Below, one piece after another: positions 20,862-29,582 of a DNA stretch of 64,000 bases (the first letter of the stretch is position 1; the number at the start of each line of letters is the position of its first letter). The DNA lies in assembly GCA_964291655.2 (NCBI GenBank), contig OZ219801.1, positions 192,001-256,000 on the forward strand, in the 5' to 3' direction. The notes beneath the pieces were generated by a model, which was not told where the DNA came from, made no database searches, and worked only from the letters and a program-made list of their open reading frames with translations. The DNA is from Chloroflexota bacterium (GTDB taxonomy: Bacteria > Chloroflexota > UBA11872 > VXOZ01). Made by a program: the position numbers and the translations under genes.

Positions 20862-21107
20862 ATGACGTACGTGATTGCCGAACCCTGCATCGACATTAAA
20901 GACAACTCGTGTGTAGATGTCTGTCCCGTGGACTGTATCCACTCCGACGACGATTCGGCGCAATTCTTTATTGATCCGGACGAATGTATCGAGTGCGGGG
21001 CATGTGAGCCGGTCTGCCCGGTGACAGCAATCTTCTTCGAAGACGATCTGCCGGACGAGTGGCGAAACTACATTCAGACCAACGCAGACTTCTTTGCCAA
21101 CCAATAG
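20862..21107 (+). CDS. fdxA: 7Fe-type ferredoxin
   Basis: MTYVIAEPCID...CVDVCPVDCI...CIECGACEPVCPV; GAAGGAGAG RBS. Confidence 0.93.
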   Translation: MTYVIAEPCIDIKDNSCVDVCPVDCIHSDDDSAQFFIDPDECIECGACEPVCPVTAIFFEDDLPDEWRNYIQTNADFFANQ

Positions 21108-21155
21108 GTAGCACTGTCTTCTGGTTGATCGGCAGCGCTTTCTCGCATTCTCAGC

Positions 21156-22394
21156 TCAGCTTTCCTTGGCCTGCGAATACGCCGCGGCAAACGCTGGCGT
21201 CCCATCGTCGTTCTTGATGTCCATGCGCGAGCCGCGCACGAATCGCGGATCGTGGCCTAGGTCGAATCCCTGCTGCAAGTCGTGCTCATAGCCGGCATAT
21301 GTGCTGATGGCCCCCTCCCCAAAGTCATCCGGCCACTGGATTTGAAAGACCTGGCGCGGCCTGGTGGGATTCTGATCAACCCGGAATCTGGTTACCGCGT
21401 CTTCATCTAGGCTGATGCCGAGGCCGGGGCCTTCAGGCACTCGCATATACCCGCGCTCTACGGCAAACGACTCCGTCAGGAGATCATGCTCCCAAATGTG
21501 GAGACACGTTATCGCCGGCCACTGTGCATGCGGGAGCACCGCGCCGAGGTGGGCCGCCCAGGCTGTCGTCATCCCCAAACCAACGAGCTGCAACCAGAAT
21601 GGCTTGTTGGCAACGGCAGCTAACGTACCTGACTCCTTCACCCCTGCCAGACTCCCGCCAACGACAAAGCCATCGCAAACATCGTCTTGCAGTGCAGTCA
21701 TGATGGGGGGCGTACCGTAGTGCATGGCCAGCGGTCGTGGCACATGCCTGCGAATTTGCCGGTTGCCGGTCACATCGCCCTGTGGAATCGGCGTCTCAAA
21801 AATCGAAACATTCACATAGGCAAGCAGCTCTTGCAAGAGCGGAATGGCCGTGCCCGCATCCACGAGCATGCTGTTATAGTCTATGTCCAGATGCATAGAT
21901 TTCGGAATGACGGTCTCGAGCGCGGCAAGTTGTGCATGGATGTCTCGCCACGGGCGACCTTTGAGCTTCATCGATGCATAGCCTTGATCCAGCGCTTTTT
22001 CCGCTTCGGCCGCCCACTCTTGTGGCGACATGTCCAGGCACCACCAGGAAATGGGGACGCGTGACCGCACTTGCTCCCCGAGCAGCCGGTGGACCGGAAC
22101 GCCGGCAGACTTTCCTACCAAGTCCCAGAGTGCCATCTCGGGGCCGGCGCCAAGCGTCGAATCCCATAGGTGTTGATGCGGATCTGAGCCAATGAGTCGC
22201 TCCTTTAGATCGTCCGGCGGTCTGCCCCAGGTATACTCCACGACCGTCTCACCAATGCCGCTCAGGCCGGAGTCGGTGTGAATGCGACAAAGCTCGACAA
22301 GCCGCCAATCACCACTCAGACGTGTCATGTGTAGATCGTGGTGCTCGTTGAATGGCACTATGAGCAGAGTCTGTTCGACATCTGTAATTGTCAT
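21156..22394 (-). CDS. Mandelate racemase/muconate lactonizing enzyme (enolase superfamily)
   Basis: TDSGLSGIGE, EMALWDLVGK, KLK, IDYN, FETP, PEGPGLG. Confidence 0.9.
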   Translation of the reverse strand: MTITDVEQTLLIVPFNEHHDLHMTRLSGDWRLVELCRIHTDSGLSGIGETVVEYTWGRPPDDLKERLIGSDPHQHLWDSTLGAGPEMALWDLVGKSAGVPVHRLLGEQVRSRVPISWWCLDMSPQEWAAEAEKALDQGYASMKLKGRPWRDIHAQLAALETVIPKSMHLDIDYNSMLVDAGTAIPLLQELLAYVNVSIFETPIPQGDVTGNRQIRRHVPRPLAMHYGTPPIMTALQDDVCDGFVVGGSLAGVKESGTLAAVANKPFWLQLVGLGMTTAWAAHLGAVLPHAQWPAITCLHIWEHDLLTESFAVERGYMRVPEGPGLGISLDEDAVTRFRVDQNPTRPRQVFQIQWPDDFGEGAISTYAGYEHDLQQGFDLGHDPRFVRGSRMDIKNDDGTPAFAAAYSQAKES

Positions 22395-22527
22395 GGCAGC
22401 GTGCCCTCTCCTTTTTCGTGTGCATACACTCGTGATCACGTAGCTTAAGTGAAACTCAAGATGCGGTCACAGCCGCAGACCTCTAACTCCTCGCTTGCCA
22501 GGACTAGCGCCGGCACCCGCATACGGT

Positions 22528-23052
22528 TCAGCTCTCCGGAGCACCGGAATCTTCCTGGTGGGCATGGCGCTTGGGGAAGTCGAAGTCAAGCAACCTACCA
22601 CAGTTTCTCTCCACCTCTTGCCACGACGACACGGCAAGTTCCAGGCGGACAACTCCGCAGGTAGGGACATCGCCAATGTAATCCTGGCTCAAGAGGCCGC
22701 TAAGCTCGGTAAAACCCGGATTGTGGCCAACCAGCGCCACGTGGTCACGAGAATCATCCAACCCTCGAATGATGCTGAGCAACCTGTCCGACATTGCGTG
22801 ATAGATTTCTTCCTCGAGCGCAATGTGGGACTTCGGGAAACCTATCTCTTTGGCCAAGCGCCTGGCAGTGCTGCGCGCGCGCTTGGCAGGACTGGAGAGG
22901 ATTGCATTGGGCAAGAAGCCGATTGCCGCCAGCCGCTGCCCCATCATGGCGGCGTCCCGTTTGCCTCGGCCGTTGAGAGGTCGCGCAGAGTCCTCCACGC
23001 CATACTGTTTCCAGCTAGACTTCGCATGCCGGATTAGTGTGAGCAGCTTCAT
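22528..23052 (-). CDS. SixA-like histidine phosphatase
   Basis: MKLLTLIRHAKSSW, RPLNGRG, SSPAKRA, VGHNP; start reassigned to 23052. Confidence 0.9.
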   Translation of the reverse strand: MKLLTLIRHAKSSWKQYGVEDSARPLNGRGKRDAAMMGQRLAAIGFLPNAILSSPAKRARSTARRLAKEIGFPKSHIALEEEIYHAMSDRLLSIIRGLDDSRDHVALVGHNPGFTELSGLLSQDYIGDVPTCGVVRLELAVSSWQEVERNCGRLLDFDFPKRHAHQEDSGAPES

Positions 23053-23062
23053 GCGACGCTCC

Positions 23063-23596
23063 CTAGAGCAGCAGGTCGAAAATTCGCTTGCTGTTGTCAT
23101 CCAGTTCACGAAAGTCGGGGATATGGAAGCGATTCCCGTCAATATCAATGATAAGTATCTCATGCTCTGCAGGCAAGAGCACGGAGTCAAGCTCCCAACG
23201 CATGACAAACTCGCGTATGCCGTGATCCGTTTCTACCGTCCAGAACGACGTGCGCCACTCATTGCGATAGGCGCGCACGGAGTGGATGCGGTAGACCCGG
23301 TAGTAGTCATCCAACGCCGCCATGAGAATGTGCCGCGACTCCTCGTCAAGCTCATCCGGATTCTCAATGAGGCAGAATTCCTTATCTTTCGTATCGAGAA
23401 TTGAGACGAAACGCTTGAGCGAAAGTGGAAATGCCCAAACTGCTTTACCCCGCAGGAGGCAGCGCTCCCCGGCAATCTCGACCCTCAACTCGCCTCCCGG
23501 CCCGCGCAAAAGACGAATGTGTGCCGTGTCGGTCGCGCCAGCGCCTATGTCGGCGATGTGTACAAGCTCTTCGCCATTGACTGTCGTGTCTTGCAT
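23063..23596 (-). CDS. DUF1854 family protein
   Basis: AFPLS...FVSI...W.VETDHG.REF...IIDIDGNRFHIPD...LD..S...L pattern; lies directly downstream of its usual partner ABC exporter. Confidence 0.8.
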   Translation of the reverse strand: MQDTTVNGEELVHIADIGAGATDTAHIRLLRGPGGELRVEIAGERCLLRGKAVWAFPLSLKRFVSILDTKDKEFCLIENPDELDEESRHILMAALDDYYRVYRIHSVRAYRNEWRTSFWTVETDHGIREFVMRWELDSVLLPAEHEILIIDIDGNRFHIPDFRELDDNSKRIFDLLL

Positions 23597-23755
23597 GGAA
23601 AGCCTCTATTGCCATTTGCCGAAACAGACGGTTTCAATCTTAGTTTGATGATGATTGCCAGTGAGCTCTGCGTTCATGCGCTAGCTAACAAGCTAACGGC
23701 ACTATGGTCCCAAAACTCTACGTCCAAAATTGACTCTGCCCGCGCAATGCAGGCC

Positions 23756-25975
23756 CTAGCGTTCAACCGCCCGCAAACGGGAAACCGTACGCTGCATCTC
23801 AACCAATTTGGAATATATCCCACGCTTCGCCAGGAGTTCATCGTGCGTGCCGATCTCAGCGACAGCACCATCATCCATAACGACGAGCCGGTCCGCATTG
23901 CGCAGTGTGGAAAGCCGGTGCGCTATGGCAAAGGTCGTGCGGCCCTTGATCAAACGACTGATGGCTTGCTGAATGGCGAACTCCGTTTCGGTGTCTACCG
24001 ATGCGGTCGCTTCATCGAGAATGAGAATGCGCGGATCTTTGAGAACCGCGCGCGCGATCGAAACGCGCTGCTTCTCGCCAACCGACAGGCGATTGCCCCG
24101 CTCGCCCACGAGCGTATCGTATCCCTCGGGCTTGGACACTATGAAGTCATGGGCATTCGCCGCCCGAGCGGCGGCAATCACCTCCGGCAAATCAGCCGTT
24201 GGCTTAGAGTAGCGAATATTCTCAAGAATAGTGCCGCTAAAGAGGAACGGCTCCTGAAGCACCACGCCGATCTGGTCCCGCAGGCAGGTCAACTCGATGT
24301 CGCGAATGTCTATGCCGTCGATGAGCACCGCGCCGTGATCGGCCTCGTAGAAGCGGCATACCAGGTGCGCCGTCGTGCTCTTGCCCGCACCCGATTTTCC
24401 CACCAACCCGACCATCTCGCCGGGCTGAACGTGTAGGTCTACTTTCTTGAGCACGGGTTTCGTCTTGTCGTAGCCAAACGTCACCTCGCGAAACTCCACC
24501 TCTCCCCGCAGCGGGTTGGGAGTGAGCTTGCCTGGCTGATCGAAAGGTTCGGTCGGTGTGTCCATGACGTCGAAAATGCGGTCGGCCCCCACCAGTGCCC
24601 GTGACATCCAGTTATAAATGCGGTTGAACCACTGCAAGGGTCCGTAGAGCATCCAAAGATATTGGATGAAAGCGATTAGCGTTCCAAGCGAAAGATCACC
24701 GCCGATCACCGCGCTGCCACCGGCGAACCAAGCAATGAAAACCCCCGCGCCGGTGACAAAATTTAGTATCGCGAAGGAACTATCCCAAAATCGCGCCTCA
24801 TGGACTGTTGCCCTGGCAACCGCTTCGTTGCGGCGCTCGAAGCGGCCAATCTCGGCCTCTTCCTGCGCAAAGGCCTTTGCAACGCGGATGCCGAGGAGCG
24901 ATTCATTTAGCTGGCCATGCAAGAGCGCCCAGTTCTGGGAGACCCGCGACCACAGCACGCGCATGCGCTTCACCAGCGCTGTACCTCCCAGCACGACGAA
25001 CGGCACCGGCAGTAAGACAAAGAGGGTTACCTGCCAACTCATCAAGAGCAGAATGACGAGCACACCCAAGAGCATGACACTATTGACAACCATATAGGGC
25101 GCGCCATCAATGAGAAAGTAGTTCAGACTCTCGGTATCCCGCGTGACAAGTGAAAGCAGGTTTCCCTGCCCTTTGCGATTATGGAATGTCAGCGACATAC
25201 GTTCCAGGACCTGATAGAGTTGCGCGCGCATATTGGCAATTACACGTGTGCTCAGCCACGCGCCAACCCAACTACCGACGACTTCAAGACCGCTGGTTGC
25301 CAGGTTTGCCGCAACTAGCGCTGCTACGAGCCAGGCAAGCAGGGCAAAGTTCTCTCGAGGTACAAGTACGCTGTCAATCAAGTACTGCGTGATAAGCGGA
25401 GGCGTGAGCTGGACTAGCGCGCGGCCCAGGGTAGCAAGAACCAGAATTGCTGCCAAGCCCTTATAGGGCCTCAAATAGCTGGCAATGCGCAGCATTACCG
25501 CCATTTTGCGCACGCAGCGAGGACAGTTGCGTTCCCTGTCCGGCAAGAGTGCCTGGCATTTCTGACAGCGGGCGCGAGGAATGTCCGTCGATACGGCGAA
25601 AGGCTCGTCTTTGGCAAGCTGCTGAATGCCGCGGGCTATCTCGTTGAATTTGGCGCCCAGGGAGCTCGAGTATTCGATGACGGGCGTGAAATACCCGTTC
25701 CGGCTAACTTCAAGGCGACCGCCGCCCACAAGCGGCTCTGCGCGGGCATCCGATATCTCGGCAAGGTCCACGCTCACTGCGCCGTCAATTCCCGGTGACA
25801 AGTGAGGCAATACAACGACACGCTGATTGGTTAGCATCATCCAGCGCACGCCGAAGCGACCATCATGCCGGATGTCCGACATAGCGACAAGGAGCGTCTC
25901 CTCGCCGGGCAAGATCAACTCACTCCACTGGGCCTCGATTTCAGGAGGCAGCGTGTCAAAAACAACCAAACTCAA
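23756..25975 (-). CDS. ABC exporter (fused permease/ATPase) with N-terminal extension and zinc-ribbon; DUF1854-associated type
   Basis: Walker A GKSGAGKST, signature LSVGEKQR, ILDEATAS, AHRL; CQKC...CPRC before the TM domain. Confidence 0.9.
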   Translation of the reverse strand: MSLVVFDTLPPEIEAQWSELILPGEETLLVAMSDIRHDGRFGVRWMMLTNQRVVVLPHLSPGIDGAVSVDLAEISDARAEPLVGGGRLEVSRNGYFTPVIEYSSSLGAKFNEIARGIQQLAKDEPFAVSTDIPRARCQKCQALLPDRERNCPRCVRKMAVMLRIASYLRPYKGLAAILVLATLGRALVQLTPPLITQYLIDSVLVPRENFALLAWLVAALVAANLATSGLEVVGSWVGAWLSTRVIANMRAQLYQVLERMSLTFHNRKGQGNLLSLVTRDTESLNYFLIDGAPYMVVNSVMLLGVLVILLLMSWQVTLFVLLPVPFVVLGGTALVKRMRVLWSRVSQNWALLHGQLNESLLGIRVAKAFAQEEAEIGRFERRNEAVARATVHEARFWDSSFAILNFVTGAGVFIAWFAGGSAVIGGDLSLGTLIAFIQYLWMLYGPLQWFNRIYNWMSRALVGADRIFDVMDTPTEPFDQPGKLTPNPLRGEVEFREVTFGYDKTKPVLKKVDLHVQPGEMVGLVGKSGAGKSTTAHLVCRFYEADHGAVLIDGIDIRDIELTCLRDQIGVVLQEPFLFSGTILENIRYSKPTADLPEVIAAARAANAHDFIVSKPEGYDTLVGERGNRLSVGEKQRVSIARAVLKDPRILILDEATASVDTETEFAIQQAISRLIKGRTTFAIAHRLSTLRNADRLVVMDDGAVAEIGTHDELLAKRGIYSKLVEMQRTVSRLRAVER

Positions 25976-26167
25976 ACTCGCTTGATGTATGTACTCAGGT
26001 ACAATCGATCACCGTACGCAGGCAACGATTTCTAACTCTTGAGGATGTTTGCCAAGTGCGGTCAAAGTCAAACTGAGGATTGGCAAAGTAACTCGCTTTC
26101 CGTACCTGCGTTAACGAATGCAAATGGGCATTTCACCCACTATGCCAGACTGTGTCATTTTTCTAAC

Positions 26168-27217
26168 TCAGGAAGACTGGTACTTGCGCACGTTGGCATT
26201 ATGCTCATCGAGCGTGCGACTAAAGACATGGGAGCCGTCACCGACCGCCACAAAGTAGTAGTAGTCAGTTGTTGCGGGAGCCGACACTGCTTGCAGCGAG
26301 GCCAGACCGGGATTGCAAATGGGGCCGGGCGGTAGACCAGCGTTCGCATAGGTGTTGAACGGCGACGCTACTCTCAGATCGTCATAGGTCAGCGCTCGCT
26401 TCCACCACCGCCCTTCTGACTCTTGATAGCCAAGGGCATACTGGACGGTGGGATCTGCCTGCAAGGGCATACCTATACGCAGACGATTATAGAAGACGCT
26501 CGCAATCACAGGGCGTTCGGCTGCAACTTGCGCTTCGCGTTCGACAATAGCAGCCAAGGTAACTGCCTGGTACGTGCTCAGCCCGTTTGCCTGGAAGCCA
26601 TTGTCCACCCCGCCGCCAATCTTGCGAGAAAACTGATCCAAGAGACCCTCGATGAATTGCGTTGTCGTAGTCTCGTTCTCAATTCGATACGTATCGGGAA
26701 AGAGAAAGCCTTCCAGCGTGGACGTTGCCGGGAGATCTGCCAAGAAATCACGCTCGAAATTCGTGCTTGCAGTTAGTGCGAGAAACTCACTTGCGTTGAG
26801 CAGACGCTGCGTTTGCAGGTACGCCGCGATTTCCTCCCGGCGCCAGCCTTCGATGAGAGTCAGTGCCCTGTCCTGTACTTCCGCTCTCTGCAGCGCCTGG
26901 ATAGCTTCGTCAACGCTCATGTTCCGGCGCAACACGTGTTGACCGGCCTGAAAGGACCCGTCCAGGCCGCTTTGGCGTGCACGCATGCGGAACGCCAAAG
27001 CACTACGGATAACTCCCGCATCCCTTAATTGATTTGCGATTTGTTCCGTGGTACTGCCGAGAGGAATTTCTAGGACAACCTCGGTGTTATCTTCGCTCTC
27101 CGGGCCGGCAACGGCGTCGGCAATCCGATCGCCAATCCCGCAGCCTGCAGCCAGCGAGACAGGAGCCGCCGCAATAATCGTGCGAAGTAAAATGCGCCGC
27201 GTTACGTAGTTTCCCAT
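26168..27217 (-). CDS. mltG: Endolytic transglycosylase MltG (YceG family)
   Basis: TLIEG, LEGFLFPDTY, AAIVERE, NRL..GMPLQADPT, SPFNTY..GLPPGPICNPG. Confidence 0.95.
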   Translation of the reverse strand: MGNYVTRRILLRTIIAAAPVSLAAGCGIGDRIADAVAGPESEDNTEVVLEIPLGSTTEQIANQLRDAGVIRSALAFRMRARQSGLDGSFQAGQHVLRRNMSVDEAIQALQRAEVQDRALTLIEGWRREEIAAYLQTQRLLNASEFLALTASTNFERDFLADLPATSTLEGFLFPDTYRIENETTTTQFIEGLLDQFSRKIGGGVDNGFQANGLSTYQAVTLAAIVEREAQVAAERPVIASVFYNRLRIGMPLQADPTVQYALGYQESEGRWWKRALTYDDLRVASPFNTYANAGLPPGPICNPGLASLQAVSAPATTDYYYFVAVGDGSHVFSRTLDEHNANVRKYQSS

Positions 27218-27233
27218 ACAACTATCATACAAG

Positions 27234-27677
27234 TCACTGGCAAATCCCGGGCAAGGCTGAGTCACCCGCTTCCTGCTGTGCCGCAAAGTAGGATTCGAGG
27301 ATTACTGCGGCTGCAGCGGCATCGAGCGGAGATTTGCGGCGGGCTGCGGTGGGACTAGCTTCCAGCCGCTCCTCTGCAATGACTGTCGAGAATCGCTCAT
27401 CCCAAAAGACTATCGACATGCCAAGCGCCTGCCCGAAGCGCTCACCTTCTTTCTTTACGCGTTCTCCCTGGTAGTGCAGGGCCCCATCCAGACTAATCGG
27501 CAGGCCTACCACCAGCGTGTCTGCCTGTTGCTCGTTGAACAGTCGTCGCACCGCAGCACTATCTTGATGCCACGAGCGCCGCTGAATTGTCGTCAGTGGC
27601 GTTGCGATACCAACGCGCGAGTCCCCGCAGGCCACGCCGATACGCCGCTCACCAATGTCGAGACAAAGTATCCGCAT
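27234..27677 (-). CDS. ruvX: YqgF/RuvX pre-16S rRNA nuclease
   Basis: ILCLDIGERRIGVA, VVGLP, WDERFST, DAAAAAVIL. Confidence 0.95.
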   Translation of the reverse strand: MRILCLDIGERRIGVACGDSRVGIATPLTTIQRRSWHQDSAAVRRLFNEQQADTLVVGLPISLDGALHYQGERVKKEGERFGQALGMSIVFWDERFSTVIAEERLEASPTAARRKSPLDAAAAAVILESYFAAQQEAGDSALPGICQ

Positions 27678-27695
27678 AGTTAATGACCAAACGTA

Positions 27696-29321
27696 TCAGG
27701 CAGCCAGTCGGATTGGCTCCCTCACTTCTATGTCGATTCGAAACCACAGCCGCGGCATGCGATCGTACCAGTCCGGCCCCATTTCGAGCACAAAGTCACC
27801 GACTCCCGTCAAATTGCCCAAGTAGCTTTCAGCTTCCTCAAGCGTCTTGTTCGCCAAATCTCGCCGGATCCTGCCATGGTCCCATGCAGACAATATATCT
27901 CCCTGAGCTTCCAAAGTAAGCTGAATGACACCATCAGTAATGCTATTCACATGTGGTTTGCCCAAGACAACGGTATCGGAAACCAGCACATGTGCTTCAA
28001 ATTGATTCTCCACGATTCGTGCCAGAATGATTGGTGCTACTTCTTCCAGGTATATGTTTGAAAAAGCGGTGCCGCGCAGCTTTACTCTCATACGCAACGT
28101 CACTTGGTCGCTCTCTTCACCTACTGTTCTATCATAGTTCGCTTCGTCAACGATGACGTCATCATCCCAGGGCACGAAACTGCTTTCGACGGGGTTAACA
28201 ACCCCACCCAGTTGCTGCCAAACTCGCTGCATGAGGAGATGGCGAAGTTGCTCGAAAAGCTGCAGCCGGTCCTGTTCTGTTACAAAGGTGACAACACGCT
28301 CCCCGCCACCCTGTATTGGAAAATCGTTATTGACAATTAAGCGCTGGTTGAGTGACTGGTCCTCTATGTGCGTAATCACGCTGGGCCCCACGTTGCCGCT
28401 TGGACCAGGCTCCTCAGCGACGACCGCCACCCGTCGCCCCACTAACTCACTGCTCGTGCCGGAAGTAGGCGGGACATTGACCTCCGCCGCAGTCACATAC
28501 CGCCGGTTCTCATTGGTGAGTACTATTGTCCCCTTTGGAACAACAACTGGCTGCGAAATCCGATTGCGGAAAACGACAGAGCCCTCTGCCCGTCCGGTCG
28601 GCTCGTTTCTCTTCCCCGTAGCGGGTACTGTCATCTCATCCGTCTCTTCGATGACCACCAATTGCGCAGGCACCTGACCGGTTGCAGCGTTTAGGCGGCT
28701 TACCTGTGGATCTGCCATCAACTGCAGCACCGTGCTATAGCGTTGCTGCACAGGTGTCAGTTCAATCGCGGCGCTAGGAAGCACCAAATAAAACGCCCCC
28801 CACACAATGAACAACAGCACCGAAACTACTGTGGCCAATGCAAGAATGCTGGAGAACGATCGTTCTATGGAGAGAGACCCTCTGCCTCCCCGCTTGTTTG
28901 ACCGACCCGTCGCAACCCTGGCAGCCTGATTGGCTCGAATAGTGTTTTCGGCAACGTCGGACGCCTCAGCGCGAGTTCTAGCGATCTTGCTTGAAGCACT
29001 ACCGGCGATTGCAGGTTCCAGGGCACGATCCGGGTGCTCAGGCGCGTGCAGCGCTCCCAAAGAGTTGACCACCTTGATGCCCAAGCCACTTGCGGAATCG
29101 CGAACGCCACGATCGCCACACACCAGCGTAAGGTCAAGCTCCAGGTCAGTTGCTTTGCGCTGCAGGAACTCCAGGTTCTCCCTGTCATGCAGTGCCGGGC
29201 AATTGTTTCCGACCAGCACGACTGAAGAGCCGCGCTTGCGCTGGAGCTTAACGAGAACTGCCGCGATATCGTCGCCGTGGCTGGCATAGACGATCCGGCT
29301 ACTTGGAATAGAGCTTGCCAT
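27696..29321 (-). CDS. Membrane-anchored baseplate J/gp47-like domain protein
   Basis: Cytoplasmic N-domain, single TM (ILALATVVSVLLFIVWGAFYLVLP), then A.GSVVFRN..VVPKGT..V.V.A.EPG.SGNV..I..N..GG, a baseplate-J-like pattern. Confidence 0.75.
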   Translation of the reverse strand: MASSIPSSRIVYASHGDDIAAVLVKLQRKRGSSVVLVGNNCPALHDRENLEFLQRKATDLELDLTLVCGDRGVRDSASGLGIKVVNSLGALHAPEHPDRALEPAIAGSASSKIARTRAEASDVAENTIRANQAARVATGRSNKRGGRGSLSIERSFSSILALATVVSVLLFIVWGAFYLVLPSAAIELTPVQQRYSTVLQLMADPQVSRLNAATGQVPAQLVVIEETDEMTVPATGKRNEPTGRAEGSVVFRNRISQPVVVPKGTIVLTNENRRYVTAAEVNVPPTSGTSSELVGRRVAVVAEEPGPSGNVGPSVITHIEDQSLNQRLIVNNDFPIQGGGERVVTFVTEQDRLQLFEQLRHLLMQRVWQQLGGVVNPVESSFVPWDDDVIVDEANYDRTVGEESDQVTLRMRVKLRGTAFSNIYLEEVAPIILARIVENQFEAHVLVSDTVVLGKPHVNSITDGVIQLTLEAQGDILSAWDHGRIRRDLANKTLEEAESYLGNLTGVGDFVLEMGPDWYDRMPRLWFRIDIEVREPIRLAA

Positions 29322-29493
29322 AGCCTACAGCGGGCGTTACATGGAAGAGAGTAGCCACTACTCGGAGGATTCCTACTTGGTTCACACTAATACTATACCC
29401 GAACCTGTTGCAACGGTGTTACACAAGATTTGCACCGGCAGCAGGTGAGGATGCAGACCAAGCAAGGATTCCCCCGAGAGGCAATGCCTAAAC

Positions 29494-29522
29494 TTGACAG
29501 TGTGACAGTACTTAACTATAAT
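29494..29522 (+). promoter_or_regulatory. Consensus sigma70 promoter of binding-protein copy 1
   Basis: TTGACA-17 nt-TATAAT. Confidence 0.8.
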
Positions 29523-29582
29523 CGCTAGCGGATTAGGACACTCTGAATTTGGGGCACCGCCCCGTACCGAGGAGGCTCTTTG

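Noticed and set aside
27696-29321. Prophage or contractile injection system
   Set aside because: Only one baseplate-like gene, membrane-anchored and flanked by housekeeping genes
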